From positions 96,001-160,000 of the forward strand of contig JAHHIM010000065.1 of assembly GCA_019358915.1 (NCBI GenBank): 64,000 bases of DNA. The letters are read 5' to 3'. Positions within the stretch are counted from its first letter, which is position 1. Each line of letters begins with the position of its first letter. Below, piece by piece: positions 50,520-62,172 of the stretch. The translations under genes and the position numbers were made by a program. Source of the stretch: Trichormus sp. ATA11-4-KO1. Lineage in GTDB: Bacteria > Cyanobacteriota > Cyanobacteriia > Cyanobacteriales > Nostocaceae. Below the pieces are notes generated by a model that worked only from the letters and a program-made list of their open reading frames with translations, was not told the DNA's origin and did no database searches.

Positions 50520-51290
50520 ATGAAACAGCTCCTCAACCAAATATTTAGTGTTAAAAAATACTTAATCAGGCTAACTATACTGTGGCTGATGGTAATTTTG
50601 AGTTCTTCTGCGTTTGTGACACCTGCATTAGCAACAGGTGTGTATCAAATACCAAACCTGACAGCAAGCGATCGCTACTGGGTTTTAGATCAAGGTGAAG
50701 TTATCAGTCGCCTGAATGAAGGTAAAATTAGCAGCACTTTGGAGGATTTGGCTAAACAAACTGGTAACGAAGTCAGATTTGTGACGATTCGCCGCCTCGA
50801 CTATGGTGAAACACCAGAAAGTTTTACTCAAGAACTGTTTGAAAAGTGGTTTCCCACACCAGAAGCGCAGTCTCATCAAACCTTATTAGTACTCGACACA
50901 GTTACCAACGGTACTGCCATCATTACTGGAGATCAAGTTAAGTCCCTGTTGACTGACTCGATTGCTGAAAGTGTAGTGGCGGAAACTTTGGGTGTGCCGT
51001 TACGGGACGGTAACAAATATAATCAGGCCTTTTTAGATGCCAGCGATCGCTTAGTTACCATCCTTTCTGGTGAACCAGATCCAGGTCCACCCCAAGTCGT
51101 TGATACTGTACAGGTAGAAGGGACTTTCACCAAAGCAGAAGATACTGATCAAGGTAATGCGACTGCTTGGGTGGTAGGACTTTTGATTGCCGCTACGATT
51201 ATTCCCATGGCGACTTACTATGTTTACCAGATCAATCAACCATCGTCTGATGGTAATCAAAAAGTCACAAATCAGAAGTTAGAAGATTGA
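50520..51290 (+). CDS. psb32: photosystem II repair protein Psb32 (TPM domain)
   Basis: signal peptide, VLDQGEVISRLNEG, VTIRRLDYGET, GNKYNQAFLDA, C-terminal TM ATIIPMATY. Confidence 0.9.
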   Translation: MKQLLNQIFSVKKYLIRLTILWLMVILSSSAFVTPALATGVYQIPNLTASDRYWVLDQGEVISRLNEGKISSTLEDLAKQTGNEVRFVTIRRLDYGETPESFTQELFEKWFPTPEAQSHQTLLVLDTVTNGTAIITGDQVKSLLTDSIAESVVAETLGVPLRDGNKYNQAFLDASDRLVTILSGEPDPGPPQVVDTVQVEGTFTKAEDTDQGNATAWVVGLLIAATIIPMATYYVYQINQPSSDGNQKVTNQKLED

Positions 51291-51307
51291 AAAACTAACT
51301 TCTGACT

Positions 51308-51697
51308 TTAATCTTGAACATACTCTTGCCCTGTCACTAAAGCTATCTCAGCCCGGACAAATTCTCGACCTAAATAAGCTGCATGGTTTAACTGAGTTAC
51401 TGGACAGGGCTGAGTTTTTTCAAAAATCTGCACACACAGTTCCTTTGCTGTCCTCCCGCTAAAAACTGTGGTGTGAGTTCTGTCTACTTTTCCTTTGGCG
51501 GGGATTACCTTCCCCGTTTGGGGATCGACAGCTAAACCTTGTTCGTCAATTACATTTGTGTAATGCTTGGCGTAAATTAACCCCGCCGCTTGATCCAAAT
51601 AGATAATAAAATAACCACCTGGGTCAAGGTCAATATGACGCTGAGAAAGTTTGTGATCAATTGCCGCCAAATTTTCAACTATCAAATCCATAAGCAT
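51308..51697 (-). CDS. DUF4346 domain protein
   Basis: LDPGGYFIIY, GRTAKEL, HAAYLGREF..AE..YVQD. Confidence 0.85.
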   Translation of the reverse strand: MLMDLIVENLAAIDHKLSQRHIDLDPGGYFIIYLDQAAGLIYAKHYTNVIDEQGLAVDPQTGKVIPAKGKVDRTHTTVFSGRTAKELCVQIFEKTQPCPVTQLNHAAYLGREFVRAEIALVTGQEYVQD

Positions 51698-51778
51698 CTA
51701 AACAAATAAAGCAAATTTCTTTCTTCAGGGTTTTTACACTCCATATCAAGTGTAATTCCTATCTTCCGTTTCTCTAAT

Positions 51779-52474
51779 TTAAATCGGCAAGCGATTAATA
51801 TCTTTGTTGCAGCCAATAACTACCATTGCTGTACCGCGTTCTAGACGTTTGGTAGGTTCTGGATTAATTTTAAATTTGCCATCCTGACTCACAGCTAGTA
51901 AATTCAAGCCATAACGGTTACGAAGTTGGAGTTCGGAAATAGTTTTGCCGTGAAATTCATCAGGCACAATCAACTCGACAATACTGTTATCTGGGTCGAG
52001 GTCAAATCTGTCTAGGATAGATGGTTTAGTTAGCGATCGCGCTAGAGCACAACCCGCCTCATATTCCGGAAAAACAACATGGTCTGCGCCCACTCGCTTT
52101 AATAGCTTGCGATGAACTTCACTAGAGGCCTTAGCGACTACATGAGGTACTCCACCTTCTTTCACATTTAAAGTAGTGATGATACTTTCTTGAATATAGT
52201 TACCAATGGCTATAATTACGGTATCAAATTCAAAAATTCCTGCTTCTTTAAGGGCACCTGGTTCAGTTGAGTCTAGTTGTAAAGCATGACCAACTATTTC
52301 CTCATTTAACGCTTCTGATACTCGCTTTTCATCAACATCGGTTGCTAATACTTGGTAACCCAGTTTGTGCAGTGTTGAACAAACGGATCTACCAAAACGA
52401 CCTAACCCAATCACCGCGAATTGGTGATTATCTCTACGTAAACTGCGAAAAAAACCTAACGATGCCAGATTCAC
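51779..52474 (-). CDS. ktrA: K+ uptake regulatory RCK subunit (KtrA/TrkA)
   Basis: VIGLGRFG, VIIAIG, VVAKA, VVFPE, TrkA-C tail; GTG start at 52474. Confidence 0.92.
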   Translation of the reverse strand: MNLASLGFFRSLRRDNHQFAVIGLGRFGRSVCSTLHKLGYQVLATDVDEKRVSEALNEEIVGHALQLDSTEPGALKEAGIFEFDTVIIAIGNYIQESIITTLNVKEGGVPHVVAKASSEVHRKLLKRVGADHVVFPEYEAGCALARSLTKPSILDRFDLDPDNSIVELIVPDEFHGKTISELQLRNRYGLNLLAVSQDGKFKINPEPTKRLERGTAMVVIGCNKDINRLPI

Positions 52475-52639
52475 AGTCGATATCCTTATTATCACTCCCT
52501 GTATCAGGGCAAAAAATTATTATACTGAGATTAATCAAAAATTTGATTTTTTGCCTGCTCATGAATATTTTATCAGTTTAGGCTACTGGCATTGATTAAT
52601 TCATTAATTATTAGTCATGTCTTCATCTACCCTCATCAG

Positions 52640-53974
52640 CTATCCCACAAGTAAATTTTCTTCAGGATAGTGAACTCTACTAGGGCGGGGATCTCCCAAT
52701 ACGGCAGCCATCAATAGTAACACACCTACACGTCCCACATACATGATGGCAATTAAAATAAGTTTGGTTGCCAATGAAACACTGCCAGTGATACCTGTAG
52801 AAAGTCCTACAGTGGCGAAGGCTGATACCAATTCAAACAAAATTTGAATAAAGTCTAATTTTGGCTCGGCAAGAGCGATTAAAATTGTTGAAAAAATTAC
52901 TACAGCCACCGAGCCAACTAAAACGCCAACAGCTTTCAAAATTAAATTGATCGCTATCTTACGGTCATATAATAAAACTTCTTCTTTACCTTGAAGAATG
53001 GCTTTTGTGCAGCTAGTGAGAACCCTGACAGTTGTCGTTTTTATACCTCCTCCTGTGCCACCCGGACTGGCACCAATGAACATCAATGCAATCGTAATAA
53101 ATAGACCAGCAGTGGTCATTTTGCTGATATCAATGGAATTAAAACCAGCAGTTCTGGTAGTTACTGATTGAAACCAAGCTAATAAAAACTGTTGATATAA
53201 ATTGAGTGAGCCAAAGGTTGCAGGGTTTTTGATCTCTATGGCAAAAAAGGCAATTGTGCCTAAAAACAACAGGATTAATGTTGTACTAGTTGCTACTTTG
53301 AAATCTAGGGAAAATACGAGATTTGTATTTTTTTTGAGCAGGCGATCGCGCAACCAAAGATAAAGTTCTAAAATTACTTGATAACCAATTCCTCCAAAGA
53401 TAATCAACATAGAAATAGTGAAGACAACTAATAAAGATGACTGATATCCTATTAAGCTATCTGAGAACAAACTAAAACCTGCATTATTCCAAGCAGAAAT
53501 ACTATGAAAAATCGCTAGCCACAGTCCTCTACTCCATCCATGCTCAGGAATAAATACAGGCAGAAGTAACAAAATACCTGTAATTTCAAAAATTAAAGTA
53601 GTGGCAATAATTGAGCGAATAACTTGAGTGCTACCACTCATCCCTGGTCGATCTAAAGCTTGTTGAATGGCTACTTTTTGTCGCAGATTAAATTTACGTC
53701 CAACTAGCACAATCAAAAAGGTGGTGCTGGTCATATAGCCCAAACCGCCAATTTGAGCCAACAACAAAATAAACAACTGACCCCAAAACGAAAAATAAGT
53801 ACCAGTATCCACTACAGCTAAACCTGTAACGCAAACTGCGGATGTCGCTGTGAACAGTGCCACAATTGGGTCATTCCATGTACCATCGCTAGTCGAGAAC
53901 GGCATCAGCAGCAGGATAGTTCCCACGGCGATGACAGCTAGAAATCCCAAACAAACTGTGCGAGAAACCGTCAT
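52640..53974 (-). CDS. ktrB: K+ uptake membrane subunit (KtrB/TrkH)
   Basis: TSAVCVTGL, SAWNNAGF, TTRTAGF, GASPGGTGGGIK, SAFATVGLS. Confidence 0.93.
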   Translation of the reverse strand: MTVSRTVCLGFLAVIAVGTILLLMPFSTSDGTWNDPIVALFTATSAVCVTGLAVVDTGTYFSFWGQLFILLLAQIGGLGYMTSTTFLIVLVGRKFNLRQKVAIQQALDRPGMSGSTQVIRSIIATTLIFEITGILLLLPVFIPEHGWSRGLWLAIFHSISAWNNAGFSLFSDSLIGYQSSLLVVFTISMLIIFGGIGYQVILELYLWLRDRLLKKNTNLVFSLDFKVATSTTLILLFLGTIAFFAIEIKNPATFGSLNLYQQFLLAWFQSVTTRTAGFNSIDISKMTTAGLFITIALMFIGASPGGTGGGIKTTTVRVLTSCTKAILQGKEEVLLYDRKIAINLILKAVGVLVGSVAVVIFSTILIALAEPKLDFIQILFELVSAFATVGLSTGITGSVSLATKLILIAIMYVGRVGVLLLMAAVLGDPRPSRVHYPEENLLVG

Positions 53975-54122
53975 ATCAAGGTAAAACTGATAAATCGTTC
54001 CTAGGCTGATCAATAAATTGACCTGCCTGGAATCAAAAACACTCTTATTTAATTAAAAACACACATGGTAGCCTACCAGTATGTTTATTTAAATTCGGCT
54101 TTGTTTTAACAATGCTTTCTTC

Positions 54123-54965
54123 ATGAGTGCAACACTTTACCAGCAAATACAGCAATTTTACGATGCTTCCTCCGGGCTGTGGGAACAAATTTGGGGCGAA
54201 CACATGCACCACGGTTATTATGGGGCAGATGGCAGCCAAACAAAAGACCGTCGTCAGGCGCAAATTGATTTAATCGAAGAACTGCTGCATTGGGCAGGGG
54301 TGCAAACAGCAGAGAATATTTTAGATGTGGGTTGTGGCATTGGCGGCAGTTCTCTTTACCTAGCAGCTAAATTTAATGCTAGAGCAACCGGGATTACTTT
54401 GAGTCCAGTACAAGCCGCTAGGGCTAAAGAACGTGCCCAAGAGGCTGGTTTGATTAGTAGAAGTCATTTTCAGGTCGCAGATGCCCAGGCAATGCCCTTT
54501 GCTGACAACTCTTTTGACTTGGTGTGGTCGTTGGAAAGTGGTGAACACATGCCAGATAAAACCAAGTTTATGCAGGAGTGCTACCGAGTGTTGAAACCCG
54601 GTGGCACTTTGATCATGGTGACTTGGTGTCATCGACCAACTGATCATGCACCATTGACAGCAGATGAACAAAAGCACTTGCAAAATATTTATCGGGTATA
54701 TTGTTTACCCTACGTGATTTCGTTACCAGAATATGCAGCGATCGCTCGTCAACTTTCATTAAACAATCTCCGCACTGCTGATTGGTCAACGGCTGTTGCC
54801 CCATTTTGGCATGTGGTAATTGATTCGGCATTCACACCCCAAGCGCTTTGGGGCTTACTCAATGCTGGTTGGACTACCATTCAAGGCGCATTATCGCTGG
54901 GGTTAATGCGTCGGGGTTATCAGCGTGGGTTAATTCGGTTTGGGTTATTGTGCGGGAATAAGTAG
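54123..54965 (+). CDS. gamma-tocopherol methyltransferase
   Basis: FYDASSGLWEQIWGEHMHHGYY, LDVGCGIGGS, WSLESGEHMPDK, VTWCHR. Confidence 0.9.
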   Translation: MSATLYQQIQQFYDASSGLWEQIWGEHMHHGYYGADGSQTKDRRQAQIDLIEELLHWAGVQTAENILDVGCGIGGSSLYLAAKFNARATGITLSPVQAARAKERAQEAGLISRSHFQVADAQAMPFADNSFDLVWSLESGEHMPDKTKFMQECYRVLKPGGTLIMVTWCHRPTDHAPLTADEQKHLQNIYRVYCLPYVISLPEYAAIARQLSLNNLRTADWSTAVAPFWHVVIDSAFTPQALWGLLNAGWTTIQGALSLGLMRRGYQRGLIRFGLLCGNK

Positions 54966-55364
54966 GCAAGAGCATGAATTCATAGCACTTTGCGAGAATT
55001 CATGGCTATAAAAGCCCACTTGTGTGGGCTAAGAGTTTTTATCACAAAACCCCTTCAGGACGAGAACAGGGAAGAATTAGTCCCAAAGCAAGGTTTTAAG
55101 CGCAATGAAGCCGACAGCAAACCATAAGTGCAACTATTTGTAGCCACTAACAATCTAAAACATCAAGGTTACATCCAAATTTGATAAATAAAATAGGGAC
55201 AAAAATAGTTTAATTATGTCGCCTCTTTTTTAGAAAGAGTCATGCTCAATGATGATATCCACCAGTTCTTCTTTGGATAACTGGTTCAAACTTTCTTGAT
55301 CTAATCTTGAAGCAGGTTTTGAATGATAATTTTAAGCATTGGGAACCCTGAAAAATTTAACTTT

Positions 55365-56051
55365 ATGAACGTAGCTGACGATAAAACGATTGTTCGCGAA
55401 TATTTTAATTCCATAGGTTTCGACCGATGGCAGCGAATTTACGGTGATGGCGAAGTTAACAAAGTCCAGCTAGATATCCGCAATGGACATCAACAAACTG
55501 TAGATACAGTTATCAGCTGGTTGAAAGATGATGACAATTTAGCAGAATTATCAATTTGCGATGCTGGTTGTGGTGTGGGTAGTCTCAGTATTCCCTTAGC
55601 CGCAGCAGCAGCTAAGGTCTATGCCAGCGATATTTCTGACAAAATGGTAGCAGAAGCTCAAGATAGAGCCTTAGAAACTTTGGGAAATTCTGAAAATCCC
55701 ACTTTTGCCGTGCAAGATTTGGAATCCTTAAGTGGTAGCCACCACACCGTGATTTGCTTGGATGTGCTGATTCATTATCCTCAGGAAAAAGCTGACAAGA
55801 TGATTTCTCACTTGTGTTCTTTGGCACAGTCACGGATAATTATCAGTTTTGCGCCCAAGACCTGCGCTCTCAGTATACTTAAGAAAATTGGCAGTTTCTT
55901 TCCTGGACCAAGTAAAGCCACTCGTGCCTATCTGCACCGTGAGGCTGATGTGGTGAAAATCCTAGAAAGCAATGGTTTTTCAGTGCAACGCCAGGCCATG
56001 ACTAAGACTCGCTTTTATTTCTCCCGCATACTGGAAGCTACACGCAAATGA
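55365..56051 (+). CDS. chlM: magnesium-protoporphyrin IX methyltransferase
   Basis: YFNSIGFDRW, DAGCGVG, CLDVLIHYP, SFAPKT, FPGPSKATRAYLH, FYFSR. Confidence 0.95.
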   Translation: MNVADDKTIVREYFNSIGFDRWQRIYGDGEVNKVQLDIRNGHQQTVDTVISWLKDDDNLAELSICDAGCGVGSLSIPLAAAAAKVYASDISDKMVAEAQDRALETLGNSENPTFAVQDLESLSGSHHTVICLDVLIHYPQEKADKMISHLCSLAQSRIIISFAPKTCALSILKKIGSFFPGPSKATRAYLHREADVVKILESNGFSVQRQAMTKTRFYFSRILEATRK

Positions 56052-56095
56052 GGTTAAAATTGCGGCAAGGTACTTAAATATCCTCTGCCGCAATT

Positions 56096-56515
56096 ATGAA
56101 AATCATGATAAAAGTTTGTGCTGGTTTCATGCTTTCTTTAGGATTTTTGTTTTTGATGGTTAGCCTCAGTACACTATCTGATTTAAACGCAGAAAACAAC
56201 ACTCCAGAACAAAAAAGCGCGCAAAGTGTTTTTTGGGGGGGAATAGCTCTAGGTATGCCATTAACAGCAGGCGGAGGATATATGTTTTGGGGATTGCGTC
56301 GCCGATATCAAAAACAGTTAAGCGATCGCCTGGATGCTATTTTTTATCAGCTGCTCAGAGCTAATAATGGTAAAATTACTGTTTTACAGTTGGCAATGGA
56401 AGCAAAGTTAACGGGAAAACAAGCCAAACAATATCTAGATCAGAAATCCCGAGAATTTAACGCTTCTTTTGAACCTAGTGAGCAAGGTGATATTAGTTAC
56501 CTATTTCATATTTAA
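56096..56515 (+). CDS. hypothetical membrane protein (paralog of next gene)
   Basis: 2 TM helices + conserved C-terminal FYQLL..QYLD..EFNA..SY.F. Confidence 0.75.
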   Translation: MKIMIKVCAGFMLSLGFLFLMVSLSTLSDLNAENNTPEQKSAQSVFWGGIALGMPLTAGGGYMFWGLRRRYQKQLSDRLDAIFYQLLRANNGKITVLQLAMEAKLTGKQAKQYLDQKSREFNASFEPSEQGDISYLFHI

Positions 56516-56586
56516 ATGTTTTTAATGGAAGCTTTTGACAAGTAAGGTTAAAATCGCAAGCAAAGTTAAAAATCTGATGTGAAACT

Positions 56587-57075
56587 ATGAAGACTGCTGA
56601 AAAATTGGCTGCGGGTTGGCTTTTAACACTGGGATTCATGTTTTTGACACTATCAGTCTCGGCAGCACTTGAGAAAAAATCTGCAACCAAGCCTATTGCG
56701 CTAGGAAATAACGAGTATTTAGCAAAAGAATATCTAAATAAAGACGCTCTTTATCTACTTGATACTACTGCTAGGAATGGGATAATTTTTGGCGTTCCGA
56801 CAATGGTGCTGGGTAGTTGGATGAGCTTAGGATTGTATCGTCAAAGCAAGTATGAGAAAAAAGCACTCCAGCAACAACTAAGCGATCGCCTACAATCAAC
56901 TTTTTATCAAATGTTACATGAAAACCAAGGGCGCGTCACGGTTTTAGGCTTTGCCATGAATTCTCAGTTACCAGCAGCCGATGCCAGACAATATTTAGAT
57001 TTGAAAGCTAAAGAATTCAATGCGAATTTTCAGGTGAGCGAAGAAGGGGCTGTATCATATCATTTTGATATCTAA
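56587..57075 (+). CDS. hypothetical membrane protein (paralog of previous gene)
   Basis: 2 TM helices + LSDRL..FYQML..QYLD..EFNA..SY.F. Confidence 0.75.
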   Translation: MKTAEKLAAGWLLTLGFMFLTLSVSAALEKKSATKPIALGNNEYLAKEYLNKDALYLLDTTARNGIIFGVPTMVLGSWMSLGLYRQSKYEKKALQQQLSDRLQSTFYQMLHENQGRVTVLGFAMNSQLPAADARQYLDLKAKEFNANFQVSEEGAVSYHFDI

Positions 57076-57093
57076 GACCAATCTTAGTGAGAA

Positions 57094-57474
57094 ATGGCGC
57101 AAATTTTTGTGAGTGTAGCTGCTGTTTTCGGCGGTTTGTCTGTTGCCGCAGGTGCTTTCGCTTCTCATGCCTTGCGGGAAAAAATCAGTGAGCGCTCGCT
57201 AGAAATTTTTGAAACTGGCGCTCGTTACCAAATGTATCATGCTTTAGCACTTTTGTTGGTAGCAATACTTATTAGTCGCAGCGAGTCTCCTCAACCCACA
57301 CTAGTAGTCAGTGGCTGGCTATTTATCATTGGTATGGCTATTTTCTCAGGTAGCTTGTACGCCCTGAGTTTAACGGGTGTGAAATCATTGGGTGCAATTA
57401 CACCACTAGGCGGTGTAGCTTTTCTAGCTGCTTGGGGTGCTTTAGCTTTTGCGGCCGGGAATTTAAAGTTGTAA
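57094..57474 (+). CDS. DUF423 (YgdD/TMEM256) membrane protein
   Basis: GAFASH, FETGARYQMYH, IFSGSLY, GAITPLGG. Confidence 0.92.
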   Translation: MAQIFVSVAAVFGGLSVAAGAFASHALREKISERSLEIFETGARYQMYHALALLLVAILISRSESPQPTLVVSGWLFIIGMAIFSGSLYALSLTGVKSLGAITPLGGVAFLAAWGALAFAAGNLKL

Positions 57475-57559
57475 CTTGGTGGAACGTGGGATTAATTAGG
57501 GTTCAATCCCTGATACAGCAGAGATTACATATGTGGCAAACTAGTTGACACAGCATCAA

Positions 57560-58153
57560 CTATTGCCAGAAATCAGTCACATCGTATCCCAACTCCTCTA
57601 GCATCTGCCGCAGCAGAGGTAAACTAAGTCCGATCACGTTGCTGTGACAACCGACAATTTTTTCCACAAATAGACTACCAAAACCTTCAAGAGCGAAAGC
57701 ACCAGCACACTTGAGGGGTTCACCCGTAGCCACATAAGCTTGAATAGTGCGATCGCTCATTTGTGCAAAGTAAACTCTTGTCACCTGACACTTGACTAGA
57801 GTGCGGTTCTTTTCAAGGTCAATCAAGACATGGCCTGTATACAAGTCACCAAAGTTACCTCGCATTAATTGCCAACGAGCGATCGCTTCAGCCGCGTCTG
57901 CTGGTTTGCCATAAATCTCATGATTCACAGCCAGAACCGAATCACAACCCATAATCAAAGCTGATGCAAACTGTGGTACTACAGTTTCCGCCTTACATTG
58001 GGCCAGAGTTTGCACTAACTGTGCTGGATCACTGAGTTGAATTTGTGATTCATCAAAATCACTAGGTCTCACTATCGGTTCAATTCCCACAGTTTGCAGC
58101 AAGCGGCGGCGTGCTGGAGAAGCTGAAGCAAGTACAAATTGAGGCATGTTCAT
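57560..58153 (-). CDS. maf: Maf-like nucleoside triphosphate pyrophosphatase
   Basis: [35 protein letters not shown]. Confidence 0.93.
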   Translation of the reverse strand: MNMPQFVLASASPARRRLLQTVGIEPIVRPSDFDESQIQLSDPAQLVQTLAQCKAETVVPQFASALIMGCDSVLAVNHEIYGKPADAAEAIARWQLMRGNFGDLYTGHVLIDLEKNRTLVKCQVTRVYFAQMSDRTIQAYVATGEPLKCAGAFALEGFGSLFVEKIVGCHSNVIGLSLPLLRQMLEELGYDVTDFWQ

Positions 58154-58240
58154 GAAATTTGTTAATTTGGGTACTGGGTATAGGGAAGACTTAATTTTTC
58201 ATACACTTTTCACTCCCATTCCCTATTCCCCACTCCCCCA

Positions 58241-58786
58241 TTAATACACTGAGAAAGAATTTACAACATCTTCCATCATTCCTTGAACTCTCTGCCAACG
58301 TCTTTCGGGAATTGAGGCGTTGAAAGTAAACAACTTACCACGGCTGACAGCGACGCTGGCGACGTTGTGTCTGTCTTCCCGATTGGGAAGTTTCACCTCA
58401 TACTCTAAGATATAGTATGTTTTTCCCTGAGATTCTCGCTCTAGGGCGTTGACTAATTCGGCTGAACGACCGGAATTAGGGGGAGCAAGAGCGGCTTTTC
58501 CCAATTTATATCCAACTTCTGTAGGTGTCCCCAATTCGGTCAAACTTTTGTTATCCGGAACAGGACTAATCACCACAGAGACATTTTCAGATACTTCAAT
58601 CAAATCGTGGAACACCACATCAGGACCATTGGCAACTTTAACTTGTAGCCAACCGTTAGGATATAAAAACTCATAGCCATCAGTAGTGTCTACAAAGCTT
58701 TTGAATCCAGCCGCCGCCGCTACACCTGGATTACTCAGACTAATGCTCAATACCAATAGCAAAATAAATACAATTTTTTTCCACAT
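58241..58786 (-). CDS. psbP: cyanobacterial PsbP (CyanoP)
   Basis: signal peptide, DGYEFLYPNGW, ENVSVVISPV, LGTPTEVG, YYILEY, SFSVY. Confidence 0.9.
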   Translation of the reverse strand: MWKKIVFILLLVLSISLSNPGVAAAAGFKSFVDTTDGYEFLYPNGWLQVKVANGPDVVFHDLIEVSENVSVVISPVPDNKSLTELGTPTEVGYKLGKAALAPPNSGRSAELVNALERESQGKTYYILEYEVKLPNREDRHNVASVAVSRGKLFTFNASIPERRWQRVQGMMEDVVNSFSVY

Positions 58787-58993
58787 TTTTAAATATTCCT
58801 TTGGGCTGGAAGCAAAACAAAACAAGTGTTATTTCTCGTTTTTATTGTCCCATCAACTGGGTCGCTTCGGATGACACATTCAGACGGGAAATGGGGATAA
58901 ATAGTTGGCCAAAATTAAATTTATTCGTGGAGACAGGGAACAGGTAACAGAAAAACAATGTGTGTAATTAATTTTATTTAGGCATTTCAAAAT

Positions 58994-59031
58994 TACTGAG
59001 TTAAAAGACCACCTGGTCTTTTAACTCAGTA
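58994..59031 (-). terminator. 18-bp-arm hairpin downstream of rubrerythrin
   Basis: TACTGAGTTAAAAGACCA-CC-TGGTCTTTTAACTCAGTA. Confidence 0.6.
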
Positions 59032-59073
59032 CTCAGCACTCAGGAAGGAAGCACTCAATAAGAATCACCCTAA

Positions 59074-59784
59074 TTAAACGACAATCTCCTCAAGCGGTTT
59101 AAAAGTCTTTTTACTGGCACCGCAGATGGGACATTGCCAATCATCGGGAATATCTGCAAAAGGTGTACCAGGGATAATTCCCGAATCGGGGTCGCCAGCT
59201 ATGGGATCGTAAATCATGCTGCATTGTTGGCAAATCCATTTCTGCGTTTTCGGATCTGCATCGGCAATTCTGGTGACTGCTTCTCCTCCGTTTAAGACTT
59301 GCAAAGCTTCAGCATAGCGGTCAGCATGGTAATGTTCGACAAACTTGAGCAAACCAAAACGGTGCGCTGCCTCCCGAAATATATCGGCATGATCAGTAGA
59401 TTCTTTAGCTTGCTTGAGAAATTCTGCTACGGCGACATCATCGCGATCGCGTTTGGCAGCTGCGGCAAACTCAGGATACATCGTAGTATATTCATAAGTC
59501 TCGCCTGCAATAGCCAAAGTTAAACAACGAGAAATTATTTCCCGCTTTTGTCCTTCAGTTAAAGCATTGACATCTTTGACAACAAGTTCTGGGTGTAGCA
59601 AAACAAAATGTGCAAAGGCATGTTCAGTTTCTTGTTGTGCTGTTTCTTGAAAAAGTTTTGCCAAGTCTTTAAAGCCAAGTTTACGTGCCACCTCAGCAAA
59701 AAACAGATACTTGCGGTTTGCCATCGATTCACCACCGAAAGCTGCTTCTAAGTTTTGTAGGGTGGTAAAATTTGACATATCCAT
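59074..59784 (-). CDS. rubrerythrin with C-terminal rubredoxin domain
   Basis: [46 protein letters not shown]. Confidence 0.95.
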   Translation of the reverse strand: MDMSNFTTLQNLEAAFGGESMANRKYLFFAEVARKLGFKDLAKLFQETAQQETEHAFAHFVLLHPELVVKDVNALTEGQKREIISRCLTLAIAGETYEYTTMYPEFAAAAKRDRDDVAVAEFLKQAKESTDHADIFREAAHRFGLLKFVEHYHADRYAEALQVLNGGEAVTRIADADPKTQKWICQQCSMIYDPIAGDPDSGIIPGTPFADIPDDWQCPICGASKKTFKPLEEIVV

Positions 59785-60285
59785 AATTTTGGGATGCCTG
59801 CAAAGTGATTTTTTCTTGAAGAAACGCAGATTCTAAAATCGGGTAAATGAGCCTAGTTTCGTATAATAAGAAACTGGTTATCCAAAGTCATTCAGCCCAT
59901 ATTTATTTCCCCGTTTTATTAGCTGCCCTGGGAGAATTATAAAACTGATAACTTTGCCAGCAGAAAATTTTAGTCTTATATTCCAATACCTTCAGTTAAG
60001 GCTAAAATTCACCATCTATATTAGTATCAGGAACAAAATCCCATATATGCGAGGCTTTATTGGGTAACGCTTGCGCTCAACCCAACCTAAAATAATGATT
60101 AACTAAGCCGTATGCTCTTAATATTCCATCCAGTAGACTAAATTCAGTTGCTCCTTCAGGAAGTAAGTCTTGATTTCCCGCCGACTTCCTGTAAGATGGG
60201 GGACAAAATATGAATTTACCGTCGTAACATCAGAACTATTGCTAAAATCCAAATAATTTTACGTAAATATTCATACCTGACTGCT

Positions 60286-62172
60286 ATGAGAGAAACTGTC
60301 CTAGAGGTTCGCAATCTACAAGTTGAGTTTTCCGGTGATGGCAGTATTACCAAAGCTGTGGATGATATATCTTTTCAGATTAATCGAGGTGAGACTCTAG
60401 GAATAGTAGGTGAGTCGGGTAGTGGTAAATCAGTTACAGCACTGGCTGTCATGGGTTTAGTACAAAGTCCCGGTAAAATTAGCGGTGGTGAAATTTGGTT
60501 TCGTCCCCAGGCAAATGCTAAACCTGTAAATTTAGTAGAATTGCCTGCTGAGGAAATGCAGTTACACCGAGGCGGTGACATCGCCATGATTTTTCAAGAA
60601 CCGATGAGTTCGCTCAATCCGGTTTATACTATTGGGTTTCAGCTAGCTGAAGCGATTATGCGACATCAAAAGGTTGCAGCAGCTGAAGCGCGAAGAATTG
60701 CGATCGCCGGACTGCAAGAGGTGAAACTCCTGCCTAGTGATGAAATAATCAAACAGCAGTGTCTGGAAACTTGGCATCAAACTAACTCTAATTCGTCTCC
60801 ACTAGATGAGCTAAGGTTGGCACGGTTAGTGAAGCAGCACAAAGAAGCTATCCTAGAACGCTACCCGCACCAACTTTCTGGAGGTCAGTTGCAACGGGTA
60901 ATGATTGCAATGGCTATTTCCTGTAACCCATTGCTGCTGATTGCTGACGAACCAACTACAGCTTTAGATGTGACAGTACAAGCCACAATTATTGAATTGT
61001 TGGCAGAATTGCAGCAAAGCCGTGATATGGCAATGATTTTCATCACCCACGACTTGGGGCTAATTTCCGAAATTGCCGACCAAGTAGCGGTAATGTACAA
61101 AGGTAAAGTTGTCGAATCCGGTGCAGCAGAACAAATTTTTAGCAATCCCCAACATCCATATACTAAGGGATTAGTAGCTTGCCGCCCCACACTCAACCGC
61201 CGTCCTCACAAACTACTCACCGTTTCTGATTATATGAGTGTGGAAGAGACACCAACTGGAAATGTGGTAATTCAAGCGAAAGAACCTCCACATCCCCCAG
61301 AAGTGACCATAGAGGAAATGTCTCAAAGATGGGCAAATCTCAACGATAAATCACCCCTATTACAAATTCGCGGACTTCAAGTGGGGTTTCCCATCCGGGG
61401 TGTGTTTGGTGGGACAAAACGCTATCACATGGCAGTTAATGATGTTTCCTTTGATGTTAAACCAGGGGAAACATTGGGATTAGTGGGCGAATCTGGTTGT
61501 GGTAAAACTACCCTGGGTAGAAGCTTGCTGCGGTTAATTGAACCGATGAGTGGTCAAATTATCTTTGAAGGTCAAGATATTACTACCCTCAAAGGCGAAG
61601 CGTTGCAGAAACTCCGGCGGGAAATGCAAATCGTTTTCCAAAATCCTTTTAGTTCCCTCGACCCCCGCATGAAGATTGGGGACGCAGTGATGGAGCCGTT
61701 GTTAATTCACTCTGTGGGAAAGACAAAACGCCAACGGCGAGAACGTGTCGCTGAACTTTTAGAACGAGTGGGTTTGAGTGCAGAGGCGATGAACCGCTAT
61801 CCGCATCAGTTTTCTGGTGGTCAACGCCAACGAGTTTGTATTGCTCGTTCTTTGGCTTTAAATCCCAAATTCATCATCTGCGACGAATCGGTTTCGGCGT
61901 TGGATGTGTCTGTACAGGCGCAAGTATTGAATTTGCTCAAAGAATTGCAGTCAGATTTTCAACTGACTTATATTTTCATTTCCCACGATTTAAGTGTGGT
62001 TAAATTTATGAGCGATCGCATTTTAGTGATGAATCGCGGTCAAATTGTCGAACAGGGGACAGCAGAAAGTATTTACCGCGAACCCAAGGAAGAATATACA
62101 CAAAAATTAATTGCTTCGATTCCTACAGGTAGTGCTGAACGGTTACGTAGTCGCCAATTGCGGACTTTATAA
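60286..62172 (+). CDS. peptide/nickel-type ABC transporter ATP-binding protein, two ATPase domains
   Basis: GESGSGKS and [17 protein letters not shown] / [17 protein letters not shown] / DESVSALD. Confidence 0.95.
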   Translation: MRETVLEVRNLQVEFSGDGSITKAVDDISFQINRGETLGIVGESGSGKSVTALAVMGLVQSPGKISGGEIWFRPQANAKPVNLVELPAEEMQLHRGGDIAMIFQEPMSSLNPVYTIGFQLAEAIMRHQKVAAAEARRIAIAGLQEVKLLPSDEIIKQQCLETWHQTNSNSSPLDELRLARLVKQHKEAILERYPHQLSGGQLQRVMIAMAISCNPLLLIADEPTTALDVTVQATIIELLAELQQSRDMAMIFITHDLGLISEIADQVAVMYKGKVVESGAAEQIFSNPQHPYTKGLVACRPTLNRRPHKLLTVSDYMSVEETPTGNVVIQAKEPPHPPEVTIEEMSQRWANLNDKSPLLQIRGLQVGFPIRGVFGGTKRYHMAVNDVSFDVKPGETLGLVGESGCGKTTLGRSLLRLIEPMSGQIIFEGQDITTLKGEALQKLRREMQIVFQNPFSSLDPRMKIGDAVMEPLLIHSVGKTKRQRRERVAELLERVGLSAEAMNRYPHQFSGGQRQRVCIARSLALNPKFIICDESVSALDVSVQAQVLNLLKELQSDFQLTYIFISHDLSVVKFMSDRILVMNRGQIVEQGTAESIYREPKEEYTQKLIASIPTGSAERLRSRQLRTL

